Shown: piece by piece, positions 1 to 8,733 of the stretch | Numbering within the stretch: the stretch's first letter is position 1 | Layout: each line of letters starts with the position of its first letter | DNA from: Betaproteobacteria bacterium | GTDB taxonomy: Bacteria > Pseudomonadota > Gammaproteobacteria > Burkholderiales > SG8-41 | NCBI GenBank assembly: GCA_016192835.1 | Contig: JACPTJ010000236.1 | Coordinates: 1-44,943 of the forward strand | DNA: 44,943 nt | Direction: 5' to 3' | Notes under the pieces: generated by a model | The model's input: only the letters and a program-made list of their open reading frames with translations | Databases searched by the model: none | What the model was told of the DNA's origin: nothing | Position numbers and translations under genes: made by a program

Positions 1-1
1 C

Positions 2-427
2 GTGCTCAACCTGCCGATGGTCGGGATTTTTGTGAACCTGCTGCGCATTCCCTACGTTTATCTAGCGCCCGTCGTGCTGCTGATATGCGTTGTCGGCATT
101 TACAGCGTGAGCGCCAGGCCGCTCGATATATTCATCATGGCTGCATTCGGCGTGCTCGGCTACATCCTGCGCAAGTTCGATTTCGACGTCGCGCCGCTGC
201 TGCTGGCGGTGGTGCTCGGAGACCGCATGGAGGTGAACCTGCGCCGCGCGCTGGTGATCTCCGACGGCGATTATGGTATTTTCCTGCAGGGCGCGATCTC
301 GCAGGTTTTCATCGGGGCCATCGTGCTGCTCGCGTTGCTGCAAGGCGCGGCGTGGCTGTTCGGTGTCCGAAAGAAAGCGCTGCGGGAAGGACCGGTGTTC
401 AACGGCGTCAAAGAGGAGGAGCGATGA
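2..427 (+). CDS. tctA: Tripartite tricarboxylate transporter large permease TctA, C-terminal fragment (5' end outside window)
   Basis: The frame is open from the window edge. The translation ...VGIYSVSARPLDIFIMAAFGVLGYILRKFDFDVAPLLLAVVLGDRMEVNLRRAL... looks like the conserved C-terminal helices of TctA. The stop TGA 425-427 overlaps the next ATG (ATGA). Confidence 0.85.
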   Translation: MLNLPMVGIFVNLLRIPYVYLAPVVLLICVVGIYSVSARPLDIFIMAAFGVLGYILRKFDFDVAPLLLAVVLGDRMEVNLRRALVISDGDYGIFLQGAISQVFIGAIVLLALLQGAAWLFGVRKKALREGPVFNGVKEEER

Positions 428-1290
428 GTCCTGGAGCTAAACTGAGAAAACTTCTGGCGGGGGAGCGTATCGTAGTGGGCGGCGGCGCGCACGACGCATT
501 GAGCGCGCGCATCGTCGAGCAGGCCGGCTATCCAATGTGCGTGGTGACCGGCGCGGGCGTTTCGATGTGCCGCGGCTATCCCGACGTCGGGCTCGTCACC
601 ATGGAAGAGATGGTGAGGAATGCCCGTTACATTGCCGAGGCCATCGAGATCCCCATCGTCGTCGATGCCGATAACGGTTACGGCAACGCGATCAATGCCC
701 GCCGCACCGTGCGCGAGTTCGAGCGCGCGGGCGTTGCCGGCATCCACATCGAAGACCAGGTCTGGCCCAAGCGCTGCGGCCATATGTTCGGCAAGAAGTT
801 GATCCCGGCCGAGGAAATGGTGCAGAAGATCCGGGCGGCGCTCGAGGCGCGGCGCGACCCCGACTTCGTCATCATCGCGCGTTGCGACGCGCTGCTGGTC
901 GAAGGGCTGGACAAGGCGCTCGAGCGCGGCGAGGCGTACATAAAAGCCGGCGCCGACATGCTGTGGCTCGAAATGCGCGAGTCGCTCGACGAAATCAAGG
1001 CGATCGCCGAGCGCTTCCGCGGCCGCATTCCGCTGGTGTTCAACCATTCGCCCAGCGGGATGGTGCCGCGGCTGCCGGTTGCCGAGCTCGAGGCGATGGG
1101 ATTCAAGACGGCGTGTTTTTATGTCCATGCCCTCATGGCGGCGTGCAAGACCATGCAGGAAGTCCTGCGCGAAATCAAAGCGACCGGCAACTCACTGACC
1201 GTGTGGGATCGTATGGTGAGCTTCGAGGAGTTCTGGAACATAGCCGGACTGCCGGAAATTCGCGAGCTGGAGAAAAAGTATGGCGCATGA
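424..1290 (+). CDS. Isocitrate lyase/PEP mutase superfamily C-C lyase (methylisocitrate/dimethylmalate/oxaloacetate lyase-like), paralog 1
   Basis: Trimmed from ORF 85..1290, whose first 113 aa overlap tctA and are Arg/Ala-rich shadow. Start is ATG 424. It has the VDADNGYGN block and the EDQVWPKRCGH loop (K-[KR]-C-G-H signature of the ICL family). Confidence 0.85.
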   Translation: MSPGAKLRKLLAGERIVVGGGAHDALSARIVEQAGYPMCVVTGAGVSMCRGYPDVGLVTMEEMVRNARYIAEAIEIPIVVDADNGYGNAINARRTVREFERAGVAGIHIEDQVWPKRCGHMFGKKLIPAEEMVQKIRAALEARRDPDFVIIARCDALLVEGLDKALERGEAYIKAGADMLWLEMRESLDEIKAIAERFRGRIPLVFNHSPSGMVPRLPVAELEAMGFKTACFYVHALMAACKTMQEVLREIKATGNSLTVWDRMVSFEEFWNIAGLPEIRELEKKYGA

Positions 1291-3028
1291 CCCGGTGCGC
1301 CTCGAGCTCGTCAAGAACGCCATCGGCTCGGTGGTCGATGAGATGGTGCTCACCGTCGTGCGTATCGCCTATTCGTCGATCATGAAGGACACGATGGACA
1401 TGTCGAGCGCGTTTTGCGACAGGCAAGGCCGTATGATCGCCCAGGGATTGAGCCTGCCGCTGCACCTGGGGTCGATCCCGGACGCAATGGACGCGGTGCG
1501 CACCGAGTTCGGCGACACCTTGGCCGCCGGAGATGTCGTGATCCTGAATGATCCGTATCAGGGCGGCATGCATCTGCCCGACATCTTCATGTTCAAGCCC
1601 GTGTTCGTGCGCGAGCATCTGCTCGGCTACGCAGTCCTGGTAGCACATCACAATGACATGGGCGGACGCGTGCCCGGATCGAGTGCAGCCGACTCGACCG
1701 AGGTGTTCCAGGAAGGCCTGCAAATTCCCGTAGTCAAGCTCTACGACCGTGGCGTGCCGAACGACACTTTGTTCAAAATGATCGCGCGCAATGTCAGGGT
1801 ACCCGACACGGTCATCGGCGATCTGCACGCGCAGGAAGCGGCGTGCCGTATTGCCGAGCGCGGGATGGGCGAGCTTGCCACTCGCTACGGCGTGGACGAG
1901 CTCGAGCAACGCTTCGACGAGCTCCTCGACTACTCCGAGCGGGAAGCGCGGCGCACCATCGCCGCCATTCCGGATGGAACCTACAGCTACACGGATCATC
2001 TGGACGACGACGGCATAGATCCCGATCGGCCGGTGACCGTCAAGGCGACGCTGCACGTCGAGCGTGACGAGCTCACGGCCGATCTCGCCGGGAGTTCGCC
2101 GCAGGTGAGGGGGGCGATCAATTCCACGTTATCCTTTGCCCGATCCGCCGTGTATTTTGCAATCCGCGCGATCATGGAGTCCGATGCCCCGAACAACTCC
2201 GGCTTCATGCGGCCGATCCGCGTGGCCGCACCCGAAGGTTGCCTGTTCAATCCGCGCCGGCCCGCAGCCGTCGCGGCACGCGGCGTCAGCGGCTTTCGTT
2301 TGATCGATGCGATGTTCGGAGCATTGTCGCAGGCGGTCCCGCTCCTGCCGCGTGCGGCCGGCGAAGGCGGCACCAGCAGCTACAGCATCGGCGGTTACGA
2401 CGCCGACGGCCGCTTCGTATTATTTCGCGAAGCATTGATGGGCGCCTGGGGCGGGGGTTTCCAGCGCGAAGGGATCGATGGGGTCGCCAATCCGGCCGCC
2501 AACATCGGCAATGCTCCCGTCGAGATGGTCGAGAATCAGGCGCCCATCATGGTCGAGAAGTACGAGCTTGTGACCGACAGCGGCGGGCCCGGGAAATGGC
2601 GCGGCGGAATGTCGGTCGAACGGCAGCTCAGATTCCTGGGTGAGCGCGCGACCTTCCAATTGCGATCCGATCGGCGCCGGCATCCGCCCTACGGCCTTGC
2701 GCGTGGAAAACCAGGGTCCCCTTCCAACAATCTGCTCGAAGACAATGGCGGCTGGCTCCAGCTTCCGACCAAGTTTACGCGGGCGCTGCATAAAGGTCAG
2801 GCGTTCCGCCATATCACGGCCGGCGGCGGCGGATACGGCGACCCGCTGGAACGCGATCCGCGCCTGGTGCTCGACGATGTGCGCAACGGCAAGGTGTCGC
2901 TCGATGCAGCGGAGCGCGATTATGGCGTGCGCATACTGCGCTCGCCGTGGCGCATCGATCACGACGCCACAGTGAAGCTGCGCGCTGGCCGCGAGCCTCG
3001 TTTGCAGATCGCCCCGGCGTCGGCATGA
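1280..3028 (+). CDS. hyuB: Hydantoinase B/oxoprolinase family protein
   Basis: 582 aa. The N-terminus DPVRLELVKNAIGSVVDEMVLTVVRIAYSSIMKDTMDMSSAF and the later GGGGYGDPLERDPRLVLDDVRNGKVS are typical HyuB blocks. It overlaps the upstream stop by 11 nt. Confidence 0.9.
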   Translation: MAHDPVRLELVKNAIGSVVDEMVLTVVRIAYSSIMKDTMDMSSAFCDRQGRMIAQGLSLPLHLGSIPDAMDAVRTEFGDTLAAGDVVILNDPYQGGMHLPDIFMFKPVFVREHLLGYAVLVAHHNDMGGRVPGSSAADSTEVFQEGLQIPVVKLYDRGVPNDTLFKMIARNVRVPDTVIGDLHAQEAACRIAERGMGELATRYGVDELEQRFDELLDYSEREARRTIAAIPDGTYSYTDHLDDDGIDPDRPVTVKATLHVERDELTADLAGSSPQVRGAINSTLSFARSAVYFAIRAIMESDAPNNSGFMRPIRVAAPEGCLFNPRRPAAVAARGVSGFRLIDAMFGALSQAVPLLPRAAGEGGTSSYSIGGYDADGRFVLFREALMGAWGGGFQREGIDGVANPAANIGNAPVEMVENQAPIMVEKYELVTDSGGPGKWRGGMSVERQLRFLGERATFQLRSDRRRHPPYGLARGKPGSPSNNLLEDNGGWLQLPTKFTRALHKGQAFRHITAGGGGYGDPLERDPRLVLDDVRNGKVSLDAAERDYGVRILRSPWRIDHDATVKLRAGREPRLQIAPASA

Positions 3029-5121
3029 TGCCCGGTGGACGTCCGCTGCGCATCGGCGCAGACATCGGCGGGACATTCACCGACCTCGTTTTCCTGTGCG
3101 CGGACGGGACGCTGCACAAGCGCAAGCAGCCATCGACGCCGGCGGACTATGCGGAGGCGATCATCAAAGGCGTGACCGCTTTCTGCGAAGAGCAGCGCTC
3201 GCCGCCCGGTCAGATTACCGAAATCGTTCATGCCACAACGGTTGCAACCAATGCGATTCTCGAGCGCAAGGGTGCACGCAGCGCATTGCTGACCACGGCG
3301 GGATTTCGCGACGTCCTCGAGCTGCGGCGCATACGCATCCCGATGTCTTACAACCTGAACTGGCAAAAACCGCTGCCGCTCATCGAGCGTGAGCTGCGGA
3401 TTCCGATCGCGGAGCGCATCGATGCGCGCGGCAATGTTCTGATCCCGATTGACACGGCTGCGTTCGAGGCGGTCGTCGCGCTGCTCGAGGAATGCTGCGT
3501 CGAATCGGTCGCCGTGTGCTTCCTGCATTCCTACCGCAACCCGCAACATGAACGACTGGCCGGTGACATTCTCAAGCGCGATCTGCCGCGCATTCATGTG
3601 TCGTTGTCCCACGAAGTGCTGCCTGAGATGCTCGAGTTCGAGCGCACGAGCACCACGGTCGTCAATGCCTACGTTGCGCCGCTGATCGCGACTTATCTCA
3701 GCACGCTGCGGGACCGCCTGCGGCAACACGGTGTCGATGCACCGATTCTCGTCATGCAATCGAACGGAGGGCTCATCAGCGCCAATGTGGCTGCCGAGCG
3801 CCCGGTCGTAATCATCGAATCCGGTCCAGCGGCGGGTGTGGTGGCCGCCGCGCGCCTTGCGCGCGACAGCGGCTACGAGAACGTCATCACGCTCGACATG
3901 GGCGGCACCACGACCAAGGCGTCAATTATCGAACGCGGAGAAATGTTGCGTGCAACGGAATACGAAGTCGGCGCGGCGGCGTCGGTCAGCAGCAGACTGA
4001 TGCGCGGCAATGGCTACGTGCTGCGGATTCCCGTGATCGATGTCTCCGAAGTGGGCTCCGGCGGCGGCAGCATCGCCGCCCTCGACAGCGGGGGGTCGCT
4101 CCGCGTCGGCCCACTCAGTGCAGGGGCGGTTCCGGGACCGGCATGTTACGGACAGGGTAACGAGTTGCCAACCGTTACCGACGCGAATCTGGTGCTCGGA
4201 TATCTCAATGCGCACTCACTGGCCGGCGGCGCACTGCACATCCGCCGCGACCTCGCCGAAGCGGCGATTCTGCGCCATGTCGCGGACTGCAGCGCGCTGT
4301 CAATGGACGAGGCGGCCTATGGGATCCATCTCGTCGCGAATTCCAACATGGTGCGCGCCATCAAGATGGTTTCGGTCGAGCGCGGACGCGATCCGGCTGA
4401 ATTCATGATGATGGCTTTTGGGGGCGCCGGGCCGATACACGCGGCCGGCGTCGCGCGCGAGCTGGGTATCACGCGCGTGCTGATTCCGCCTTCACCCGGC
4501 GTATTCAGTGCATTCGGCTTGTTGCGGGCGGAGGTCGAGCAGCATGCCGCGAAAACCGTGCTCACCCTTACGCACCACGCGGACCTGACGGCCATACAAT
4601 CCGCGCTCGAGGCAATGCGCGAGGAGCTTGTAACACGGTTTGCGTTGGAGGGCTATCCGGAAAGCAGGATAACGATTGCGACTTTTGTGGATCTGCGCTA
4701 TCGCGGTCAATCGACCGAAATCACCGTACCGATTACACTGCCGCTCATCGAGACCGAGCTTCGTGTCGCCGAGGCGCGCTTCGAAGCGGAATTCGAGCGG
4801 ACTTACGGTCATCGAGGCCACAACAAGGAATTCGAGCTCGTGACTTGCAGGTTGATCGCATCAGTCATCCGACACGCGGAACACGCGGCGGCGTGGGCTG
4901 CCGAGCTCGGTGGTGCTGCGCAGGCGGAGCGCCTCGCATATTTCGGACCCCGCTATGGGGCGCTGCAAACTCCGGTGGTCGGCCGCGCAGGCCTTCGCGC
5001 GCAAGCGCGGCCGGGGCCGCTCATCGTGCAGGAATACGATACCAGCGTAATCGTTCCACCCGAATGCACGATTGCGCTCGATGCGCACAACAATATCGCC
5101 ATGAACATCGGAGTCGAATGA
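3025..5121 (+). CDS. hyuA: Hydantoinase A/oxoprolinase family protein
   Basis: ATG 3025 overlaps the hyuB stop (ATGA). It has the IGADIGGTFTDLV ASKHA phosphate motif and a second LDMGGTTTKAS motif. The longer ORF start at 2947 lies inside hyuB. Confidence 0.9.
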   Translation: MMPGGRPLRIGADIGGTFTDLVFLCADGTLHKRKQPSTPADYAEAIIKGVTAFCEEQRSPPGQITEIVHATTVATNAILERKGARSALLTTAGFRDVLELRRIRIPMSYNLNWQKPLPLIERELRIPIAERIDARGNVLIPIDTAAFEAVVALLEECCVESVAVCFLHSYRNPQHERLAGDILKRDLPRIHVSLSHEVLPEMLEFERTSTTVVNAYVAPLIATYLSTLRDRLRQHGVDAPILVMQSNGGLISANVAAERPVVIIESGPAAGVVAAARLARDSGYENVITLDMGGTTTKASIIERGEMLRATEYEVGAAASVSSRLMRGNGYVLRIPVIDVSEVGSGGGSIAALDSGGSLRVGPLSAGAVPGPACYGQGNELPTVTDANLVLGYLNAHSLAGGALHIRRDLAEAAILRHVADCSALSMDEAAYGIHLVANSNMVRAIKMVSVERGRDPAEFMMMAFGGAGPIHAAGVARELGITRVLIPPSPGVFSAFGLLRAEVEQHAAKTVLTLTHHADLTAIQSALEAMREELVTRFALEGYPESRITIATFVDLRYRGQSTEITVPITLPLIETELRVAEARFEAEFERTYGHRGHNKEFELVTCRLIASVIRHAEHAAAWAAELGGAAQAERLAYFGPRYGALQTPVVGRAGLRAQARPGPLIVQEYDTSVIVPPECTIALDAHNNIAMNIGVE

Positions 5122-5214
5122 TGGCGCTTTCGTCGTCATCGAACGGAGAAAGTCTGAGGTTGCTCGCGCGCTTTTCGTCCGGCATCGACGTCACGGGAAC
5201 CGGAGGCGGGTTAC

Positions 5215-6060
5215 ATGGCTGACTTGGAGCGATCCGGCAAACCGAAGCTGCATTACGTCATCGACGACTACACCGATCCGTGGAAGAATGCGCCGTATCT
5301 CGTGCTCCAGCACGGCAACGGCCGCTCTTCGCGCTTCTGGTATAGCTGGGTGCCGTATCTCAGCCGCTACTACAAGGTCGTGCGTCCCGATGCGCGCGGC
5401 CTCGGCGCATCGTCCGCCGATTTCGATCTCGAGCGCGGCGTCACTGTCGAAGCGCTGGTCGACGATCTGACTGCGATATGCGATGCGCTTGGCACGCAGT
5501 CGGTGCACTTCTGCGGCGAGTCGATGGGCGGCATACTGGGCCTCGCATTGAGCGCGATGCATCCGGAGCGCGTGCGCACGCTCACGCTCGTGTCGACGCC
5601 GGTTTATATCAGCGACAAGATGAAAGAAACGTATTCGATGGGACACAAGTCGCGCGTGGAGGCGATGCAGGAGATGGGGCGCGAAGCGTGGCTCAAGGCC
5701 ACGAACCGCAGCACCCGCTTTCCGCCGGACAGCGACCCCGGGCTGCTCGATTGGTACGAAGCCGAATTCGCGAACGGCAGCGCCGACGTGCAGCTTGCAT
5801 TTGCGAAGCTCGTCAATGGCGTCAACGCCGCCGGCTTTTTGCCCCGCATCAAAGCGCCCGTGCTGGGCCTTTATCCCACGCAGGGAGCGATCACGAGCGC
5901 GGAGCAGGAGCAGATGCTGATCGAGAACCTGCGCGACTTCCGGCTGATGCACCTGCCGACGCGCTATCACATGGTCCATCACATCGCGCCGGCGGGATGC
6001 GCGACACAGCTATTGCATTTTATCGCGCAGCACGATGGCGTCGCCTGCCATGAAGCTTAG
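5215..6060 (+). CDS. Alpha/beta hydrolase, paralog 1
   Basis: 281 aa with the nucleophile elbow GESMGG and HG oxyanion region LQHGNG. GGAGG lies 9 nt upstream of the ATG. It is a paralog of 42711..43556 with the same length and the same C-terminal tail. Confidence 0.85.
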   Translation: MADLERSGKPKLHYVIDDYTDPWKNAPYLVLQHGNGRSSRFWYSWVPYLSRYYKVVRPDARGLGASSADFDLERGVTVEALVDDLTAICDALGTQSVHFCGESMGGILGLALSAMHPERVRTLTLVSTPVYISDKMKETYSMGHKSRVEAMQEMGREAWLKATNRSTRFPPDSDPGLLDWYEAEFANGSADVQLAFAKLVNGVNAAGFLPRIKAPVLGLYPTQGAITSAEQEQMLIENLRDFRLMHLPTRYHMVHHIAPAGCATQLLHFIAQHDGVACHEA

Positions 6061-7009
6061 GCGTGTCTTTGTCGGTCTGGTCACCGCGGTCGCGTTCGTC
6101 GGCGCGGCGCACGATGCTCCCGCGCAGTCTTGGTACCCCGCGCGCCCGGTGCGCATGATCATTCCGTTTCCTCCGGGCGGCGGGACCGACCTCGTCGCGC
6201 GCACACTCGCGCAAAAGCTCACTGAGACGTGGGGCCAGCCGGTGATCGTGGACAACCGCGCGGGTGCGAACGGCATCATCGGAACCGACCTCGGCGCGAA
6301 ATCCAAGCCGGACGGCCATACGTTGCTCGTCGTCATCGCGACGCACGCGATCAATCCGTCGCTGTATCGCAAGCTCCCCTACGACACGGCGGCCGACTTC
6401 GCCGCTGTGACGCTGATGGCGCAGTATCCGTTCATCCTCACGATCCATCCGTCCTTGCCTGCGAAAACCGTGCGCGAGCTGATTGCGCTCGCGAAAGCAA
6501 GGCCGGGGCAGTTAAGCTACGCCTCGTCGGGCAACGGCAGTGGACCGCACTTGGGCTTCGAGCTCTTCAAGATCATGGCCAAAGTTGACTTCGTCCACGT
6601 GCCGTACAAAGGCTCGGGCCCGGCGAACGTCGATCTCATATCCGGGCAGGTTCAAGCGATGTTCAACAACTTCATCGCAGCGATTCCGCATATCAAAACA
6701 GGGAAGCTCCGCGTGCTCGCCGTCACCAGTGCGAAGCGCTCGCAGGTGATGCCTGAGCTGCCTACGCTCGCTGAGTCCGGCTTCCCCGGATTCGACGTGA
6801 CCGGCTGGTATGCGCTGCTCGCGCCCTCCGGAACACCTCAGGCGATCGTTGCCAAAGTGCAGGCAGATGTGGCCGGCGCTTTGCGCGTGCCTGCCGTGCA
6901 TACCCGGCTCTCGAGCGAAGGTGCCGAGCCCGTCGGCAGCACTCCGGATGAGTTCGAGAAATTTCTCGCCGCCGAAATCCGCAAATGGACCAAAGTGATG
7001 CGGTCGTGA
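6035..7009 (+). CDS. Bug/TctC family tripartite tricarboxylate transporter substrate-binding protein
   Basis: It has a signal peptide, then YPARPVRMIIPFPPGGGTDLVARTL, YASSGNGSGPHL and the C-terminal FLAAEIRKWTKVM. The start may instead be ATG 6050 (MKLRR...). Confidence 0.9.
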   Translation: MASPAMKLRRVFVGLVTAVAFVGAAHDAPAQSWYPARPVRMIIPFPPGGGTDLVARTLAQKLTETWGQPVIVDNRAGANGIIGTDLGAKSKPDGHTLLVVIATHAINPSLYRKLPYDTAADFAAVTLMAQYPFILTIHPSLPAKTVRELIALAKARPGQLSYASSGNGSGPHLGFELFKIMAKVDFVHVPYKGSGPANVDLISGQVQAMFNNFIAAIPHIKTGKLRVLAVTSAKRSQVMPELPTLAESGFPGFDVTGWYALLAPSGTPQAIVAKVQADVAGALRVPAVHTRLSSEGAEPVGSTPDEFEKFLAAEIRKWTKVMRS

Positions 7010-7077
7010 AGGCGATCCAGTCGACGGACACGCGCGAGCGGCTGGCGGCGCAGGGTCTGACCGCGGTCGGCAGCTCA
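7003..7077 (+). pseudogene. Relic of a Bug/TctC C-terminal segment
   Basis: A different frame just after the intact Bug gene translates to VVKAIQSTDTRERLAAQGLTAVGSS. This matches the conserved Bug block ...vkal.sp.vrerlaaqG.epvGst. No start and no remainder of the gene are present. Confidence 0.45.
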
Positions 7078-7102
7078 ATACCGCAACCAAAGGAGTCACA
7101 GC

Positions 7103-8473
7103 ATGACCACTCAGGCACCGCGCACGCGGATCTTACGCATCGGCGCCGGGGCAAGCTACGCCGGGGACCGCGTGGAGCCAGCAACCGAGCTCGCAGCGCG
7201 AGGCAAGCTCGATTATCTCGTGTACGAGACGCTCGCCGAGCGCACGATTGCGCTCGCTCAACTGGAGCGCCGCAAGAATCCGGAAGCCGGATACAACGAG
7301 CTTCTTGCCGATCGCTTCTATTCAGCGCTGCCGCACTGCAAGAAGAATAAGACGCGCGTTGTCACCAACATGGGTGCCGCAAACCCGGCCGGTGCGGTAA
7401 AGCGCACGGCAGAAGTCATCCGCGACCTGCAGCTGGGGCCGATGAAAGTTGCGGCGGTTCTGGGCGATGACGTGCTCCAGTACTGCCTGGGCCACGCCGA
7501 CCGTCTCAAGTTGATGGAAACGGGCAAGCCTTTATCGTCGCTCGAAGGACAAATCGTTTCTGCCAATGCTTATCTTGGCGCCGACGTGATCGTCGGGGCG
7601 CTGCGCAAGGATGCGGATATCGTGTTGACGGGCCGCGGCGGGGATTGCTCGCTTTTTCTCGCGCCGATGATTTACGAGTTCGGCTGGAGAGAGGACGAGT
7701 GGGACCTGCTCGGCAAAGGCCAGACGGGCGCTGACATGGTGGAGTGCGGCGCAAACGTCTCCGGCGGCTTTTTCGCCGATCCTGGCTACAAAGAGGTCCC
7801 GGAGCTGTGGAATCTCGGCTATCCGCTGCTCGAAGTCGAGCGCGACGGCATCATCGTCGTGTCGAAGCTGGACGGCACCGGCGGCATCATCAATCGCGCG
7901 ATCTGCGCCGAACAGATGATTTACGAGATACACGATCCTGCGAGCTACATCACGCCGGATGTCGTCGTGGATTTCACCGAGGTCGAGCTCGAGGAAATCG
8001 GGCCCAATCGCGTGCGCATCACCGGCGGCCGCGGCAAGCCGCGCCCGGAGCAGCTCAAGGTGTCGGTGGGCGTGCTCGAGGGCTGGATCGGCGAAGCCGA
8101 GATCATTTACGCGGGATTGGGCTGCCTCGAACGCGCCAGGCTCGCCGAGAAGGTCGTGCGTGAGCGGCTCAAGATTGGCGGTGTCAATCTGCAGGAACTG
8201 CGGATTGACTATGTCGGCATGAATGCGTTACACGGGGAGGCGTCGTTGCCGCCCCGAGAGCCGCCGTACGAAGTCTGCCTGCGCTTTGCGGGCCGCGCGC
8301 GTGAGAAGCGTGACGCGGTGAAGCTCGGAAACGAGGTTGAAACGCTCGTGGGCAAAGGCCCCGCCAGCTCGTCGATCCCGCGCAAGCACGTGCGGGAAGT
8401 GCTGGCGATCTATTCATGCCTCATCCCGAGAGCGGCGATCACGCCCGAGATCATAGTGACGGAGGTCGCGTGA
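7103..8473 (+). CDS. DUF1446 / AtuA-like (acyclic terpene utilisation family) protein, copy 1
   Basis: 456 aa. AAGGAG lies 7 nt upstream of the ATG. The translation RILRIGAGASYAGDRVEPATELAARGKLDYLVYETLAERT is a typical DUF1446 N-terminus. Confidence 0.8.
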   Translation: MTTQAPRTRILRIGAGASYAGDRVEPATELAARGKLDYLVYETLAERTIALAQLERRKNPEAGYNELLADRFYSALPHCKKNKTRVVTNMGAANPAGAVKRTAEVIRDLQLGPMKVAAVLGDDVLQYCLGHADRLKLMETGKPLSSLEGQIVSANAYLGADVIVGALRKDADIVLTGRGGDCSLFLAPMIYEFGWREDEWDLLGKGQTGADMVECGANVSGGFFADPGYKEVPELWNLGYPLLEVERDGIIVVSKLDGTGGIINRAICAEQMIYEIHDPASYITPDVVVDFTEVELEEIGPNRVRITGGRGKPRPEQLKVSVGVLEGWIGEAEIIYAGLGCLERARLAEKVVRERLKIGGVNLQELRIDYVGMNALHGEASLPPREPPYEVCLRFAGRAREKRDAVKLGNEVETLVGKGPASSSIPRKHVREVLAIYSCLIPRAAITPEIIVTEVA

Positions 8474-8733
8474 AAACATTCTATTTGCGCGAGCTCGCGC
8501 ATGCCCGGGAGCATTTTCGCGGCATCGTAAAAGGGTGTATCACGTGCTACGAGCTTCCCAAAGTCCATGCGATTAATCTCGTGATGGAGGGTGCCCTTGG
8601 CGGCGGAGTCACGCGCTCGCTCTCGCTCGATCCGCACGGGAAATCGTATTCGGCGCTGATCCTGACGATGCCGGTGGAAGTGCCCGAAGACATCGCCGCC
8701 GAGCTCATGCTCAAGGGTCGCCGACCCATATGA
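8470..8733 (+). CDS. Small AtuA-C-terminal-like partner protein
   Basis: GTG 8470 overlaps the DUF1446 stop (GTGA). The 87-aa product contains INLVMEGALGGGVTRSLSLDPHGKSYSALIL, which resembles the C-terminal extension of full-length AtuA proteins (from memory). Confidence 0.6.
   Translation: MKTFYLRELAHAREHFRGIVKGCITCYELPKVHAINLVMEGALGGGVTRSLSLDPHGKSYSALILTMPVEVPEDIAAELMLKGRRPI

Noticed and set aside
85-1290. Long N-terminal extensions in the ORF track (85..1290, 2947..5121, 15134..16834, 37039..38190, 18994..19995, 20979..22889).
   Set aside because: The extensions overlap upstream genes or intergenic repeats and are compositionally shadow-like. Internal starts with good SD sequences or ATGA/GTGA coupling give protein N-termini that match the families.
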